Shown: piece by piece, positions 13,401-28,670 of the stretch
Layout of the letters: the number at the start of each line of letters is the position of its first letter
Position numbering within the stretch: position 1 is the stretch's first letter
Assembly (NCBI GenBank): GCA_951406725.2
Contig: OX597824.1
Location: forward strand, 50,654,001-50,718,000
Direction of reading: 5' to 3'
Length of the DNA stretch: 64,000 bases
Source of the DNA: Octopus vulgaris
Taxonomy: Eukaryota
Translations under genes and position numbers: made by a program
Notes under the pieces: model-generated
What the model was told of the DNA's origin: nothing
The model's input: only the letters and a program-made list of their open reading frames with translations
Databases searched by the model: none

Positions 13401-14424
13401 TTCACCAGATATCCTAAGAGAAAGACATCATCAGAGATGTCGCGAAGAATCCCTAAAATATCACGAGAATATTTACAAGAATTCCTTGACTAGGAAGCTC
13501 ACGAAGCTGCTGTTACATATTTGAAAGTCAAGCACCTATGACGAAACCGTGACCATCCCGTCTTTTAACTGATATTGTATATCATGAACTGCGTTATTAA
13601 ATACGCGCCCCATCTGTATAAAGAAAATACAGTTCTTGCTTATGGTGAATTGAACGATCACATATATGAAGTCATCGGTTGCCCTTTGAATGAATGTAAT
13701 GAAGTTGCTTACCAAAATTGCTAGGATTTTGATGCCGGGAGCCTTACATTCCAAACTATATCAAAAATTATTGTCAATATATGCAATGAGGTCATCGTTT
13801 CCATTGTGTCAGGGAATTAAAAAAAGGAAAGAATTCACGTCTGTTTGAAAAGATTAATGCTGAGTTCTCCGTTAACTCTGGTACCTCTACACGTTCTTAA
13901 TGACATGGACGATAAATATGGCTTCCATGTGTTCCTAACGCATCAATTTTGTTCTCATACTCTGTACTGGAAGCAATATCGTTGTTGACAGTAAGAATGA
14001 AGAAAAGATGTGTTCATATGTTGTGAAATATGAACACATATACAAATATATAGACAAATATATACATGCGTACATTTACGCATATGCATATACACATAGA
14101 TATCCAAACATATGTATAGGTAAAACTATGAAAATATGTAAAAGTATGAAATATGTAAAAATATGAAAATATTAGTATATATACATATATATATATACAT
14201 ATAAGCATATATAAGTATATCATCTATCTATCTAACTATCTATCTATCTATCTATCTATCTATCTGTCTGTCTGTCTGTCTATATGTACATATGTATTTA
14301 CACATCTATGTATATACGTATATATACATATATATATATATGCATGCTTACATACATACATACATACATGCATACATACATACATACATACATACATACA
14401 TACATACATACATACATACATACA

Positions 14425-14455
<31 letters not shown>

Positions 14456-14889
14456 GTGTTTGTGTGTAAAGTTTGTTAGCAACTAAGGAATAAATGCTCA
14501 ACAGCGCTTTGTGGATAAATAATTTCTTAATTTCTTTTCTTTGGAGATTGCTATAAAGACAACACTAATGATTTCATGCGAGCTTTTTCCAAATTATTCA
14601 ATCGTAGTTTGAATAATGGAGGCAACTTTGTTATTTCTTTCTCTTTACTTTTTCTTTTCTTTTCGTTACGAAATTAATTACAGGAAATGTATTGGTTATT
14701 CTCTTCCTTGTCTCATGGAGCCTAACAAACGAATGCGATACGTGCAAGAAGTCAGAAAATACGTAGAAAATGACGCTGTATCCACACTACGCTGCTAAAG
14801 CCGATTCTGCCGGGTCAGGTCGGATTACATGATCGAATTTATTGCAGTTAAAAAGTAAACATAATTAAACTGCAATGATATAAAAAATA

Positions 14890-15138
14890 TGTTCCTTATC
14901 GAGCCATGCAAGGCTCATAAGGGCCGGTTTCCCGGTTTCAGTGGCGTAGTAATTTCCCACCTGGACGGGACGCCGGTCCGTCGCAGGATTACTCATTTTT
15001 GCCAGCTGAGTCGACTGGAGCAACGTGAAATGAAATGTTTTGCTCAAGAACACAACGCATCGCCCGGTCCAGGAATCGAAATCATAGCCTTACCATCATG
15101 AGTTCAACACCCTAACCACAAAGCCATGCGCCTACACA
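14890..15138 (-). mobile_element. tRNA-derived SINE, group C
   Basis: Minus-strand head GGCGCATGGCTTTGTGGTTAGGG...TTCGATTCCTGGACC; body CTTGAGCAAAACATTTCATTTCACGTTGCTCCAGTCGACTCAGCTG. Homologous to 50765-51058; the head is shared with 36084-36399. Confidence 0.8.
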
Positions 15139-15826
15139 CAATGATATAAAGGGTAACATGTAAAATAATTTGGATCTGTGATCATCAAGGGGAAGCTACA
15201 CTTTTATATTCATTAGATATTCAGCTTATAGATTTGAATCACCAGTCCTTCAGCTTTCAATCCCCAAGAGCTATCAAATAAGCTTAATTTAGTTATTAAG
15301 ATTGCCAGATGCATTTCGGTCTAAAGGCTCAAAAAGAAAGGAATATATTGGCGCTCTTGCTTGCCGCTGTTCGGACGAATTTTCATCTGCCTGATACTTA
15401 TTGTAGTTTAACACAGTAAGTTCATGAAAGGCCATCTCAGGATATATATCTATATATTTTAATTAAATACTGCTTCTGTTGTGTATACCGGATTTTTATT
15501 CAACCAGGGGGCTATTTGTAACATTAGTAAATGTTTTATACACTTATTACTGTCTCAGAGACAACAACTTCTTGAAGCCTGCGGCTGGCTGCGAGTACGT
15601 ACCATTGAAACGGCTCAAAATGGCAAAAATTCAGTTGTCGCTCTCGTTGGCTGCTGCTGGAACATGTGATATTGCAAACTGAACGAAGGCAGTGGAGATG
15701 GAATGAGGTTAGCCATTTAATATTGCACCTGTAGAGTATCCATGTTTAACGACCGGAGAGGCTGTTAAACATTACTGTCTCAGTAAAAAGCACTATTGCC
15801 TAGCACACTTTGTTTTTGTGATGATG

Positions 15827-15881
<55 letters not shown>

Positions 15882-15889
15882 TATATATA

Positions 15890-15929
<40 letters not shown>

Positions 15930-15934
15930 TATAT

Positions 15935-15985
15935 ACCTCAATTGATAATTATTCCAAATTAATTAATTTCACCCTTCATTGTTAT
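15935..15985 (+). repeat. Terminal fragment of the 20968 fold-back family
   Basis: AATTAATTAATTTCACCCTT is the exact reverse complement of AAGGGTGAAATTAATTAATT at 20968. It sits in (TA)n. Confidence 0.55.
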
Positions 15986-16129
15986 ATAAATATATATATA
16001 TGTATGTATATATGTATATATATGTATACATTCATTATATATATAATGCATATATACATATATATGTATACACACATACACACACACATATATATATATA
16101 TATACACATATGCATTATATATACTCTAT

Positions 16130-16502
16130 TATTATTATTTGATTGAGCGCCACGCATCCATTTCCAAGTAAGTTTATCATATTCTTTTTGATGGGACTCT
16201 ATTCTATACTGTTTTCGCTCCCTATCGTTTTCTCTGTCGTCCTTTCTCCAATTTCCTTTTTTCTCCCCTTCACCGTTTCTTATGTCACTCTCCCCTCTTA
16301 CTCCTTTACCCTCTCTCGCTGTTCACACGTGACCATCTTTCTTTTCTTTCACGGCTGTCCTAAGGACTGGACGTATCCTATCTCTCTCTTCTATCTTTTC
16401 TCTTGTCAAAGAAAATATTTCTCCAGCGTTCGCTATTTTACGCTTGTTTTGGTCTAACGACCCACCATGTTCGTTTTCGTTCGGTTTCCTTGTATATCTC
16501 CA
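16130..16502 (+). mobile_element. Dispersed repeat (probable PLE-related family shared with 48097-48672 and 61575-61813)
   Basis: GCATCCATTTCCAAGTAAGT motif. 16405-16502 is the reverse complement of 48575-48672 (ORF translations WRYTRKPNENEHGGSLDQN vs WRYTKKLNENKYGASLDQN). Confidence 0.7.
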
Positions 16503-16730
16503 CACACACACACACACATATATATATATGTGTATGTATGTATCTATGTTTATATACAGGAGTGGAATGTGATATAAACATTTTGGGAGATATACATACA
16601 TACACATATATGTAGTACATATATATGTGTATGTATGTGTGTGTGTGTGTATGGAGAGAGAGGGAGGAACGCCATGAGAGAGAGATTGGAGGAAAGAGAG
16701 AAAGAGATAGAGACAGACAGACTGAAAGAC

Positions 16731-16783
<53 letters not shown>

Positions 16784-17051
16784 GTGTGAGATATATAGAT
16801 AGATAGATAAATCTAAATAAATTTAGATATTAGCCAACTATTGCATAGAATCTGTTAAGTTAAAACTTGTGGTATGACGTCCCATTCAAATAGAGAGACA
16901 TTGTTGACTGAGATATATAAGTGGTTTATTTGGTATATCTGGAAGGAAATTGTCCACGAATCGCTTGAAGGTGAAGGGTTCTTTTCCTTTGATTTGTGTA
17001 GAATAATGTTAAACTAAACAGGGCCTGTTGAGGGAAAGAAACTGTGCTGCA

Positions 17052-17090
<39 letters not shown>

Positions 17091-17094
<4 letters not shown>

Positions 17095-17337
17095 TTATAA
17101 TTAAGGGTATCTAAGAGATAGCTCCATGCTAGATATAGCAGCCAAATCTTCACTCTAAAACCACATTAAATGTTCATACAGCACTAGGAGAGTGCTGTAT
17201 GAACATTTTTTTGCTAGATTATTTTGTTTCTTTGTCTCTCCTGGTGCTGTATGAACATGTAATGTGGTTTTAGAGTCAAGTTTTGGTTGCTATATCTAAC
17301 ATGGAGGTATCTCTTAGATACCCTAAATTATAATTTT
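17091..17337. repeat. Fold-back inverted repeat (about 100-bp arms) with a nested hairpin
   Basis: 17091-17192 is the reverse complement of 17236-17337 with roughly 9 mismatches. Internal hairpin AATGTTCATACAGCACT-AGGAG-AGTGCTGTATGAACATT at 17169-17207. Confidence 0.9.
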
Positions 17338-17427
17338 CGTATTCATTTTACCTTTCAGGCTTTTATTCCCATGTCGGCCATTTTAATCAACAATCTTATC
17401 CTTATTTATATATATATATACATACAT

Positions 17428-17461
<34 letters not shown>

Positions 17462-17497
17462 TTATATATATATATATGGATAGATAGATAAATATAT

Positions 17498-17532
<35 letters not shown>

Positions 17533-17777
17533 CAGATGGATGGATGGATGGATAGATGGATAAATAAATAGATACATATGTATACATATGCATGCATACT
17601 TATATATAGCCACTAGACACATCTGTGTATGTGAGTGTGCGTGCGTGTGTGCGCATGTGTGTGTATCTGCTTGTGTGTGAGTGTGTGTGTGTGTGGAATT
17701 TCAAAAATTCAAATTTACAGTTGTTCGTACATGAATACGCACATGTGTACAAAGGTCTAAGGCAGGAAAGAGAGTAA

Positions 17778-17828
<51 letters not shown>

Positions 17829-18434
17829 TAGAGAGGGAGAGAGAGAAAGAAAGTAGTAGGGAAAGCGAGAGAAAGAGAAACAGACAGACAACGAGAGGGA
17901 GAGTAAGAGAGGGAGACGGAGACAGCAAAAGAGAAAAAGAGAGAGAAAGCCTGTGAGAGGTGATGAAAGAATAAAAGAGAGAGAGAGAGAAGCAGACATA
18001 GATAGGCAGTCTTGTATAAATCATTACGTAATTGCATGATTAATGAATAATAAATCATTAATATAAGGTGCACGCTAACAAACATGATAGCATCAGGAAA
18101 AATGAATTAATTTGATTAAAACGCTTGTGGCTTAAACACTTAAACAATGTCATTTTACGTAAACACCTCCGACGATAAACACTTAAAAACTTATGCGACC
18201 GTCAACGAAAGATCATCTTAGAGGTCACACGATCGGCTGGAAATAGCAACCACATTCTCTCATATCATAACTTTATGCATTAAACACTATGTTACCCATG
18301 CTGTAAATGTGTGTAACTTCTATAACACTATGCTGTGTGAATTGAATGGAAAACTTTACTGCTGTTTCTACCTTATTGATTACTCCTAACGGGGTACATT
18401 TATGAACATGTGTATGAATATAGACATACATACA

Positions 18435-18503
<69 letters not shown>

Positions 18504-18567
18504 CATATATATGTATGCATATATACACGCATATACAAGCATATATGTTATACATGAATACACACAC

Positions 18568-18605
<38 letters not shown>

Positions 18606-18626
18606 ATATTCATATGTGTATGTATG

Positions 18627-18667
<41 letters not shown>

Positions 18668-19439
18668 GTATATATTTTATTGACGGAGAAAACATTAACA
18701 ATCACAACATGTATGTATATGAATACAACATATATATATACATATATGCATACGCATGCACACACGCACGCACACACACACACATATGTATATATGCAAA
18801 CATCTATTCACAAATATACGCGTTCATAGACTTGTATAGATAGATGCATGTATTCATTTATTTATTGCTTTATCTCTGTCTATCTCTCCGTATAAATAAA
18901 TGTATATCTATACAAACATATATACATGTATGTATGTATGTATTTATGTATGTAATTATGTATGTATGTATGTATGTATGTATGTATATATGTATTTATG
19001 TATGTATGTATGTATGTGTGTGTGAATATTTGTGTGCGTGTGTATGACTTTGTGTGTGTGTGTGCGTGTTTGCGAGTGTCTGAGTAAGCGCGTGTATGTG
19101 CGCGCATGTCTTTGCAGATAATCGGGATCAGAGAGTTATTTTTGAACCCGAATAGGGCGTTGAGACTGGTTTCAACGTTATTGGGATCAACTGGTTTCAA
19201 CGTTATTGTTACACAGCTTGAAATGACTTGGTTGGCACCGTAGTACCTCTAGATGTGAACTAAAGTGGCCACAATAGGTACTAATGTTCATTAAAGTTAA
19301 TTAGTACCATGCTAGTACATTGTATGTATAATAATACTATAACACCATTTATATATTCTAGCCATGGGCAGCCTCACGCTCAATGAGGCACACACGCACA
19401 AATATATGAATATATACATACATACATACATATATACAT

Positions 19440-19554
<115 letters not shown>

Positions 19555-20736
19555 TACACTCACGCATTAGTAGCGGTTAATTTGTCTCTAGCATGCAATT
19601 GCTAGTGAATGCTAGCTACTCATCGTTGCTGGACACTTTCCGCCTGCTTCGAGATGCTTTCTCGAGACAAATACCACAGTTGGTTGGCTTTCTACGGTAT
19701 ATCCACTTTAAGTAAGATATACAGAATGTCTTCTTGAAATAATGCTGCTTCCATCTCTAATTACAACAATATGTATATATATATATATGTGTGTGTGTTA
19801 TACATATATACACACATATTTACATACAGATACATACATAGATACATGCATGCACACACGTACATACATACATACATACATACATACATACATACATACA
19901 TACATACATACATACATACATACATACATACATACATACATACATACATACGATGGTACGAATGTACACACATGATGCTCAGTGTTACAAGCCCTTCGAC
20001 TACATGTCTATTTCAGAGTGTAGAACTGAATATAAACGACATTAGTAAGATCAGCATATTGACGTCTTTTCATAATTCTAACACTACATATAATTACATA
20101 TAATTACCTATATACTTATGTTGTACATTGTAATACACAAACAATATTACGTTTATGTGTGAGAGCATGTATGTGTATATACACAGCAATATTGCTTTCG
20201 ACATATATATATATATATATATTACATATGTTTATGTGAAGCTGTTCACCTTTTGTTCTTCACATGACTACTGCTGTACCTAACTGTAAATATATATTAA
20301 TGCTCTGTACTCACAGGTGAGTGTACTTATATGAAAACACGTAACATCAGTGTATGTTAATCGTGATACATAAATTAAATCGTGATATATAATCAAATGT
20401 AAGCAATTTTATATCTCTCTTAGACGAATACCAAGAGATACACCTGATGAGGCGGCAAGAACAAATGAAACTAGTGGACCGGCTTTCTTCGTAACCTTTC
20501 TCTGAATCCTGTAATTTAAACAATGCAAAATGGTATTGGAAGTTGATACACACACACACGCACACATACACGCACACACAAACGCGTGTTTGTGTGTGTG
20601 TGCGTGTGTGCATGTCTGTGCGTATATGTGTGTATATACATGTATATATGTATATGCATATAAATATACATGTATGTGTGTATATAAAGATGTATGTGTG
20701 TGAGTGTGTGTGCGTGTGTGTTTGTGTGAGTGTATG

Positions 20737-20771
<35 letters not shown>

Positions 20772-20808
20772 GATATATTATATCCACACATATATTATAT
20801 ATATGTAG

Positions 20809-21291
<483 letters not shown>

Positions 21292-21565
21292 ATACAAAAC
21301 CCACTCTTTTCCGACCTGGGCTTATATCGTTTGCCCCAATCTTAGACTTATTTTCTAATACACGGTGATCGTTTATTAGCTTATAGAATGTTATTATTTA
21401 CAAAATTGTCATTCGTCACCGCGCCTCAAATCGTCGCTGATATATATATATGTATATACTCATCAGTCCCAGGTAATTCATCATCAAGGACAACAATGAT
21501 CAAAGAAAAGTCAGACATGAGAAGCATTGTTGTAACAAAGATCTGACTACGCTTGTTTCGTGTGT

Positions 21566-21619
<54 letters not shown>

Positions 21620-21781
21620 ATTTATATGTGAATTTGGAAGGAGGTTTATAAGTATTTATACTTATATATTTATTATATATATTTACGTATATACTCAAAC
21701 ATTCAGTCACAGGTACTTGCCACTCATACTTGGCAATTAACCAGCATTTCCACTGCCGAAAGCCTGAATCGATAAAATACA

Positions 21782-21928
<147 letters not shown>

Positions 21929-22026
21929 TACATACATGCCTACATACACACAAACACATATATATGTATATATATATGTATATATGTGTGTGTGTATATA
22001 TATATATACACATATGTATATACATA

Positions 22027-22068
<42 letters not shown>

Positions 22069-22155
22069 TACATACATATACATATGTACATGCACATATG
22101 CCACGCCCCCCCCACACATACACGTGTACATATATATATATACAGACACACATAT

Positions 22156-22238
<83 letters not shown>

Positions 22239-22409
22239 TACATATTTATAAATAAGGTTAATATCGATATTTAAATATCAGTATTATCAAGTGGCCAGCA
22301 TGGGAATAAATACCATACAGAGGCAATAATTTTTCACAACTATAAATAAGGGGATCTGAGAGATACCACCATGCCACCATTATAGTTGTATATATATACA
22401 TATATATTT

Positions 22410-22606
22410 TTTGTCTCAGTCATTAGATTGCGGCCCTGTTTGCGCACCGCCTTTAGTCGAGAAAATCGACCCCATAACTTATTGTTTGTAGGCCTTGTAC
22501 GTATTCTGTCGGTCGCTCTTGCCGAATCGCCAAGTTAAACACACCAGCATTGCAAGCCACGTTGGGGGAACGAACACTGACACACAAACATATACACACA
22601 CATGCA

Positions 22607-22679
<73 letters not shown>

Positions 22680-22838
22680 CGGGCTTCATTCAGTTTCCGT
22701 CAACCAAATCCACTCACAAGGCTTTGGTCGGCCCGAGGCTATAATAGAAGACACTTGCTGAAGTTGCCGCCCAGTGGGTCTGGGCCCGGAACAATGTGGT
22801 TGATAAGCAAGCTACTTACCCCACTGCCACTCCTGCGT
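22410..22838 (-). mobile_element. SINE group A
   Basis: Colinear with 6152-6572 (CCAAATCCACTCACAAGGCTTTGGTCGGCCCGAGGCT). Confidence 0.85.
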
Positions 22839-22897
22839 CTATCTTCTCACTCTCTCCCTCTTCCTCTCTCCCTCTTCCTCTCTCCCTCTCTCTCTCT

Positions 22898-22934
<37 letters not shown>

Positions 22935-23305
22935 ATGATGAAACGTAGTTATCGCAAATTTTTGTAGAAGACAAATATTTCTACATCTAAATGTGTGTCT
23001 ACATAAATGTGCCTACATGCGCGTGTTTGTGTGTATGCGCGCGCTCTTTTGTGAATGAGTATGGAAACTGAAAGAGCAAATGACCTACGATGGCCTTTAT
23101 TAAACGCTGCTATAAATGGACCGGGAAAGAATCATGTTGACACATACAAGAAAGTGCCAGTTAGTAGGATTAATGAGTGAGAGATGGAGAGGATGATGCA
23201 CGAGTGAGTGATCCCTTGTCAGGAGTAGTAGTAACAGAGACGTCTGTTTTCATATACAGATAGTCGTATTTCTCGCATGCACACGCACTCACAAGAGTGT
23301 GTGTA

Positions 23306-23358
<53 letters not shown>

Positions 23359-23361
23359 TTA

Positions 23362-23417
<56 letters not shown>

Positions 23418-23418
<1 letters not shown>

Positions 23419-23829
23419 TCTTAAACTCTTAAACTTGTTTCAGTTATTTGACTGCGGCCATGCTGGAGCACCGCCTTTAGTCGGGCAAATGGACCCCGGG
23501 ACTTATTCTTTGTAAGCCTAGTACTTATTCTATCGGTCCCTTTTGCCGAACCGCTAAGTGACGGGGACGTAAACACACCAGCATCGGTTGTCAAGCAATG
23601 CTATGGGGACAAACACAGACATACAAACGTATACACACACACACACACATATATATATATACATATATACGACAGGCTTCTTTCAGTTTCCGTCTACCAA
23701 ATCCACTCACAAGGCATTGGTCGGCCCGGGGCTATAGCAGAAGACACTTGCCCAAGATGCCACGCAGTGGGACTGAACCCGGAACCATGTGGTTGATTAG
23801 CAAGCCACTTACCACACAGCCACTCCTGC
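23418..23829 (-). mobile_element. SINE group A, near full-length copy
   Basis: Nearly identical to 6152-6572. Confidence 0.92.
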
Positions 23830-23840
23830 TCTAAACATAG

Positions 23841-23936
<96 letters not shown>

Positions 23937-23970
23937 ATATCTATCTATATATATATATATATGCACGCAG

Positions 23971-24002
<32 letters not shown>

Positions 24003-24019
24003 CTATATTTATTATGGAA

Positions 24020-24222
24020 AGTTAGCTGACACTCCGTCGGTCACAACAGCGAGTGTTTCAGCTACTCCGAACGACAGAACAGCCTGCTCGTGAAATTTAC
24101 GTGCAAGTGGCTGAGCACTCAATAGACACGCCTACCCTTAACGTAGTTCTCAGGGAGATTCACCGGAAATCGATCTCACGACCGTGAGCTGAATACCCTG
24201 ACCACTAACCTACGCACATTCA
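24020..24222 (-). mobile_element. SINE-like element (group C-type head, different tail), internally deleted
   Basis: Minus-strand head TGCGTAGGTTAGTGGTCAGGGTATTCAGCTCACGGTCGTGAGATCG resembles the heads at 15138 and 36399. The body is GC-richer and non-coding. Confidence 0.55.
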
Positions 24223-24296
24223 CATTCTGGAATGTATGATTTATATAAATACCAACGTTCTATCCTTTAATTTTTCAATTTCTCCTCATTCTTTGA

Positions 24297-24358
<62 letters not shown>

Positions 24359-24451
24359 GTCCATATATGTATATATGCAGTTGTAGTTATCAACAGTTTT
24401 CAATGAAACCAGATTTAGATATATGCTTATATACATACAAACATATACACA

Positions 24452-24529
<78 letters not shown>

Positions 24530-24722
24530 TCTATATATATACACACATATATCTATATATATATACACACATATATATACGTTTATATGTATATATATAT
24601 AGTAAAGCAACAATACCTATAACTACATACACGCATGCATGCATAGATATATGCGTACATATACATTTCATAAAAGTACGTATATATATGTATACGTGTG
24701 TGTTTAGAAGTGCATGTATGTA

Positions 24723-24759
<37 letters not shown>

Positions 24760-24889
24760 TGTGCGTGTGTGTGCGCGTGTGTGAGCGCATATTCATGTAT
24801 ATATATACACATGCATTATGTATATGTACGAATGGATATATTTATGTCCATGCATGTATATGTATATATTTATATTCTTTTATTATTTT

Positions 24890-25195
24890 ATTCTTTTACT
24901 TGTTTCAGTCATTTGACTGCGGCCATGTTGGAGCACCGCCTTTAGTCGCAGAAATCGACTCTAGGACTTATTTTTTGTAAGAATAGTACTTAATCTATCC
25001 CTCATTTTTTACCGAACAACTAAGTTATGGGGACGTAAACTCAGCAACATCTGTTGTCAAGCCATGGGGCCGGGGACAAACACAGGCACACAAATACATA
25101 CACACAGCACACACACAAACATATAAATGTGTGTATATTTTTCAAATATTCACCATGTGGTTAAGAAGCAAGCCTCTTACCACACAGCCACTCCT
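24890..25195 (-). mobile_element. SINE group A with an internal deletion
   Basis: Tail TTGTTTCAGTCATTTGACTGCGGCCATG and head ACCACACAGCCACTCC are present; the middle segment is missing. Confidence 0.8.
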
Positions 25196-25229
25196 TATGC
25201 AACCCACTTCTTATACAAAGAATGTGGTT

Positions 25230-25420
25230 GACTGTACCTTCGAAGTTACGGCCAGCTAAGCCGTTGTCGAACTGCAGTCGAACGATGGCTTACCGGGGGA
25301 AACTTCGGTATCTCTTTTAACAATATTCTTGTAAAAGAATAATAAATGTGTACTCTACAAAAGTATAGAGTAACCCATGAGATTACGGTAAAATTGTCTC
25401 CATTATAATTGAAGATAAAA
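25230..25420. repeat. Dispersed repeat, homologous to 640-760
   Basis: Shared 42-nt core and flanks (see 640-760). Confidence 0.6.
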
Positions 25421-25448
25421 ACAAACATTAATACACATTAATACACAT

Positions 25449-25524
<76 letters not shown>

Positions 25525-25525
25525 T

Positions 25526-25557
<32 letters not shown>

Positions 25558-25919
25558 TGTATGTATGTTTGTATGCATGTGTGTGTGTGCGTGTGTATGC
25601 GTTTCCTTTATCACCTTCCAGTGCTGTGTTACACACGTCGGTGCGTCGTTGCACGTTTCCGGTGCCATATCTGTTTTCTAACACCTTGCTAAACCTTTCT
25701 CCCATACCACATCATATAGTACAACGTAGCCAATTCCGATAGAGAATAACAAACTTATTAACGTGCGCACGCGCACACACACATTCGCAAACACACACAC
25801 ATTCAAACACGCACACACACATCAACACACACACACACACACACAAACAAATATCTGTCTGTCTCACCGACTGCGTGGCTGTTTGTATGCATGCCTGTGT
25901 GTCTATCTTTCTATCTATA

Positions 25920-25953
<34 letters not shown>

Positions 25954-25992
25954 GGCGTCAGTCTGCATGTATGCATGCATGTAAATATACGT

Positions 25993-26033
<41 letters not shown>

Positions 26034-26047
26034 TATGTGTGTGTGTG

Positions 26048-26099
<52 letters not shown>

Positions 26100-26149
26100 T
26101 AATTTCCCTTTCGAAATTATCCCTGATAGCGGTTTGGATTTTTACTATT

Positions 26150-26208
26150 CCTTCTAGCGGGTTAGATGTCCTATTATGGCCATCCCTTATGTGTTTAAAT
26201 GTCCACTG
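26150..26208 (+). repeat. Single copy of the 30366-30474 fold-back arm
   Basis: AGATGTCCTATTATGGCCATCCCTTATGTGTTTAAATG matches 30437-30474, then ends TCCACTG followed by TA. Confidence 0.7.
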
Positions 26209-26240
<32 letters not shown>

Positions 26241-26568
26241 TATATATATATATCTATATGTATATAAATAAGTATATATATGTATATTTATAAATATATA
26301 TAAATATATATATATATTATATATTATATATATATATATATGTATATATATTTGTAGATATTTTATATAGGTCCTAGTTACTTGTCGCTCAGTACACACG
26401 GTCCTTTCTGAAGACCTGTAATCATCTAAACTAATATGGAAATACACCGTTTAACTACTTCCACATAGTGAGGAGCGAAATATGTGTGTGTTTATGTGCG
26501 CTTGTGAGTGACGTATCCATTTCTAAGTAAGTTTGTTCTATATATATATATATGTATATATATATACA

Positions 26569-26602
<34 letters not shown>

Positions 26603-26679
26603 CATACATACTTACATACAAATATATCTACATATATACATATATACACATATATATCCATATATACATATTTATATAT

Positions 26680-26712
<33 letters not shown>

Positions 26713-27684
26713 TATATACATATATATATATACATACATACATATATACATACATATATGTTTACATACACACACATATATGCATATATATATATATATA
26801 TATATATCTATAGAGAGAGAGAGAGATAGATATATAGCCGCCTTCGTTATTTTATGTATGTATATATATATATATATATATACATATCTGTGTGTATGTT
26901 TACATATTTATATATTCTAATATTTACACGCACACACGTACACACGTATGCATACATGCAAACGTGCATATTTCTACATATCTATTTACCTATCTATTCA
27001 TACACATATATTATATATGTGTATTTAAGGGCACATACATACGTATATGTTGTGCTCGTGCCTGTGTATATCCATGTGTCAATCGCTATGTGAAAAAAAG
27101 GAACCAATCAGAAGCCCTCAAATCCTTTTCACGGGCTATAAAATATATCACACCGCATCGCCCTCAAATTACACAAATTCATCTTTAAACGATGAATATC
27201 ACTTAGAATATTACGATAGAACGGAGACACAATTCGGGATGGTTAGAACAGGGACGCTCTTTTCATAATTTAATTGTTTCGACAAGGTTGAGAAGATTGA
27301 AGGAACGATATCGATACACACACCCACTAACATAAATCCCAACAAAAAAAACATACAATTTATATGAATATATGCGTGTATGCATATGATCCTTGATACA
27401 TAAATACATATATACATACATGCATACATTCGTATACATAAACATGCACACACTCACACACATATTTGCGTGTGTATGTATGTATGCACACGGGGTTTCA
27501 ATTATTGGTGCACACGATCATCAGACAAGTTATGACTTATGGCCGAAATAAATATATTGTTAAGCTCTAGTATCATATTGAGTACTTATTTCCGATAGTT
27601 AACAGGAAACCTGCATACATATGCAAATACTCAGAGTACATACACGCAGACACACACAAACACACACATGAATATATATGAATG

Positions 27685-27742
<58 letters not shown>

Positions 27743-28074
27743 AACAGGTGTACACATGTGTATGTAATAAAATAGAAAATAAATAACAAAGATTATTTAT
27801 CAAATATATTAAACAACAACGCTAAGCACAAATACACCAAAACACACACATGCACAATTGCAGTAATGGACAATAATACATATATACATCGATGCATATC
27901 TGTATATATGTTATGTATGTATGCATGTAGATATGTGTGTATGCGTGTATGCATATGTGTATGATTTTACACGTTGTAATTTGAAGTGAAGTTATAAGCA
28001 TATACGGGTTATGTCGTGTGCGTGGATAGACATGTATTTCTACATATCTTTCTTCCCCCCTCTCTCTCTGTATC

Positions 28075-28153
<79 letters not shown>

Positions 28154-28419
28154 GTTTATCTATATATGCATGCAATTTACATATATATTTACATACATAA
28201 ATATTTATACATATGTATATGTGTGTATACATACACACACACACATATATATGCAAATACATACATACATACATATATATATATATATACATACATATAA
28301 TTTTGTGTATCTGTTGATCTATCTAACTATTTATCTATCAATATATCATTATATATACATACATGCACACACTCACACACACATACGCACACAATCATAC
28401 ACACACATATATGTACATT

Positions 28420-28458
<39 letters not shown>

Positions 28459-28602
28459 AAAAAAATTGAAAAGGTTGCAAGGCGCAACGAAAATTTTAGA
28501 AAAGTAAAAAAGAAAAAAGTGGGAAAAAGTGTGAAATTATAAAGCACCAAAAGAGAATGACTCTCCCTTGACGCAACAGAATATATATATGTATATGTAT
28601 AT

Positions 28603-28670
<68 letters not shown>

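Noticed and set aside
19164-19208. Duplicated ACTGGTTTCAACGTTATTG
   Set aside because: A small local tandem duplication; the minus-strand GAAACCAGTC has no upstream CUGANGA.
20440-20480. CTGATGA...GAAACTAGT hammerhead-like motif
   Set aside because: No stem II or stem I pairing, and G at the cleavage position.
21455-21565. Minus-strand GAAAC..GTC followed by CTGATGAG (type II-like order)
   Set aside because: Stem I and stem II cannot form.
26405-26455. CTGAAGA...GAAA motif (similar weak hits at 30774 and 39511)
   Set aside because: No consistent stems II and III or UH site.
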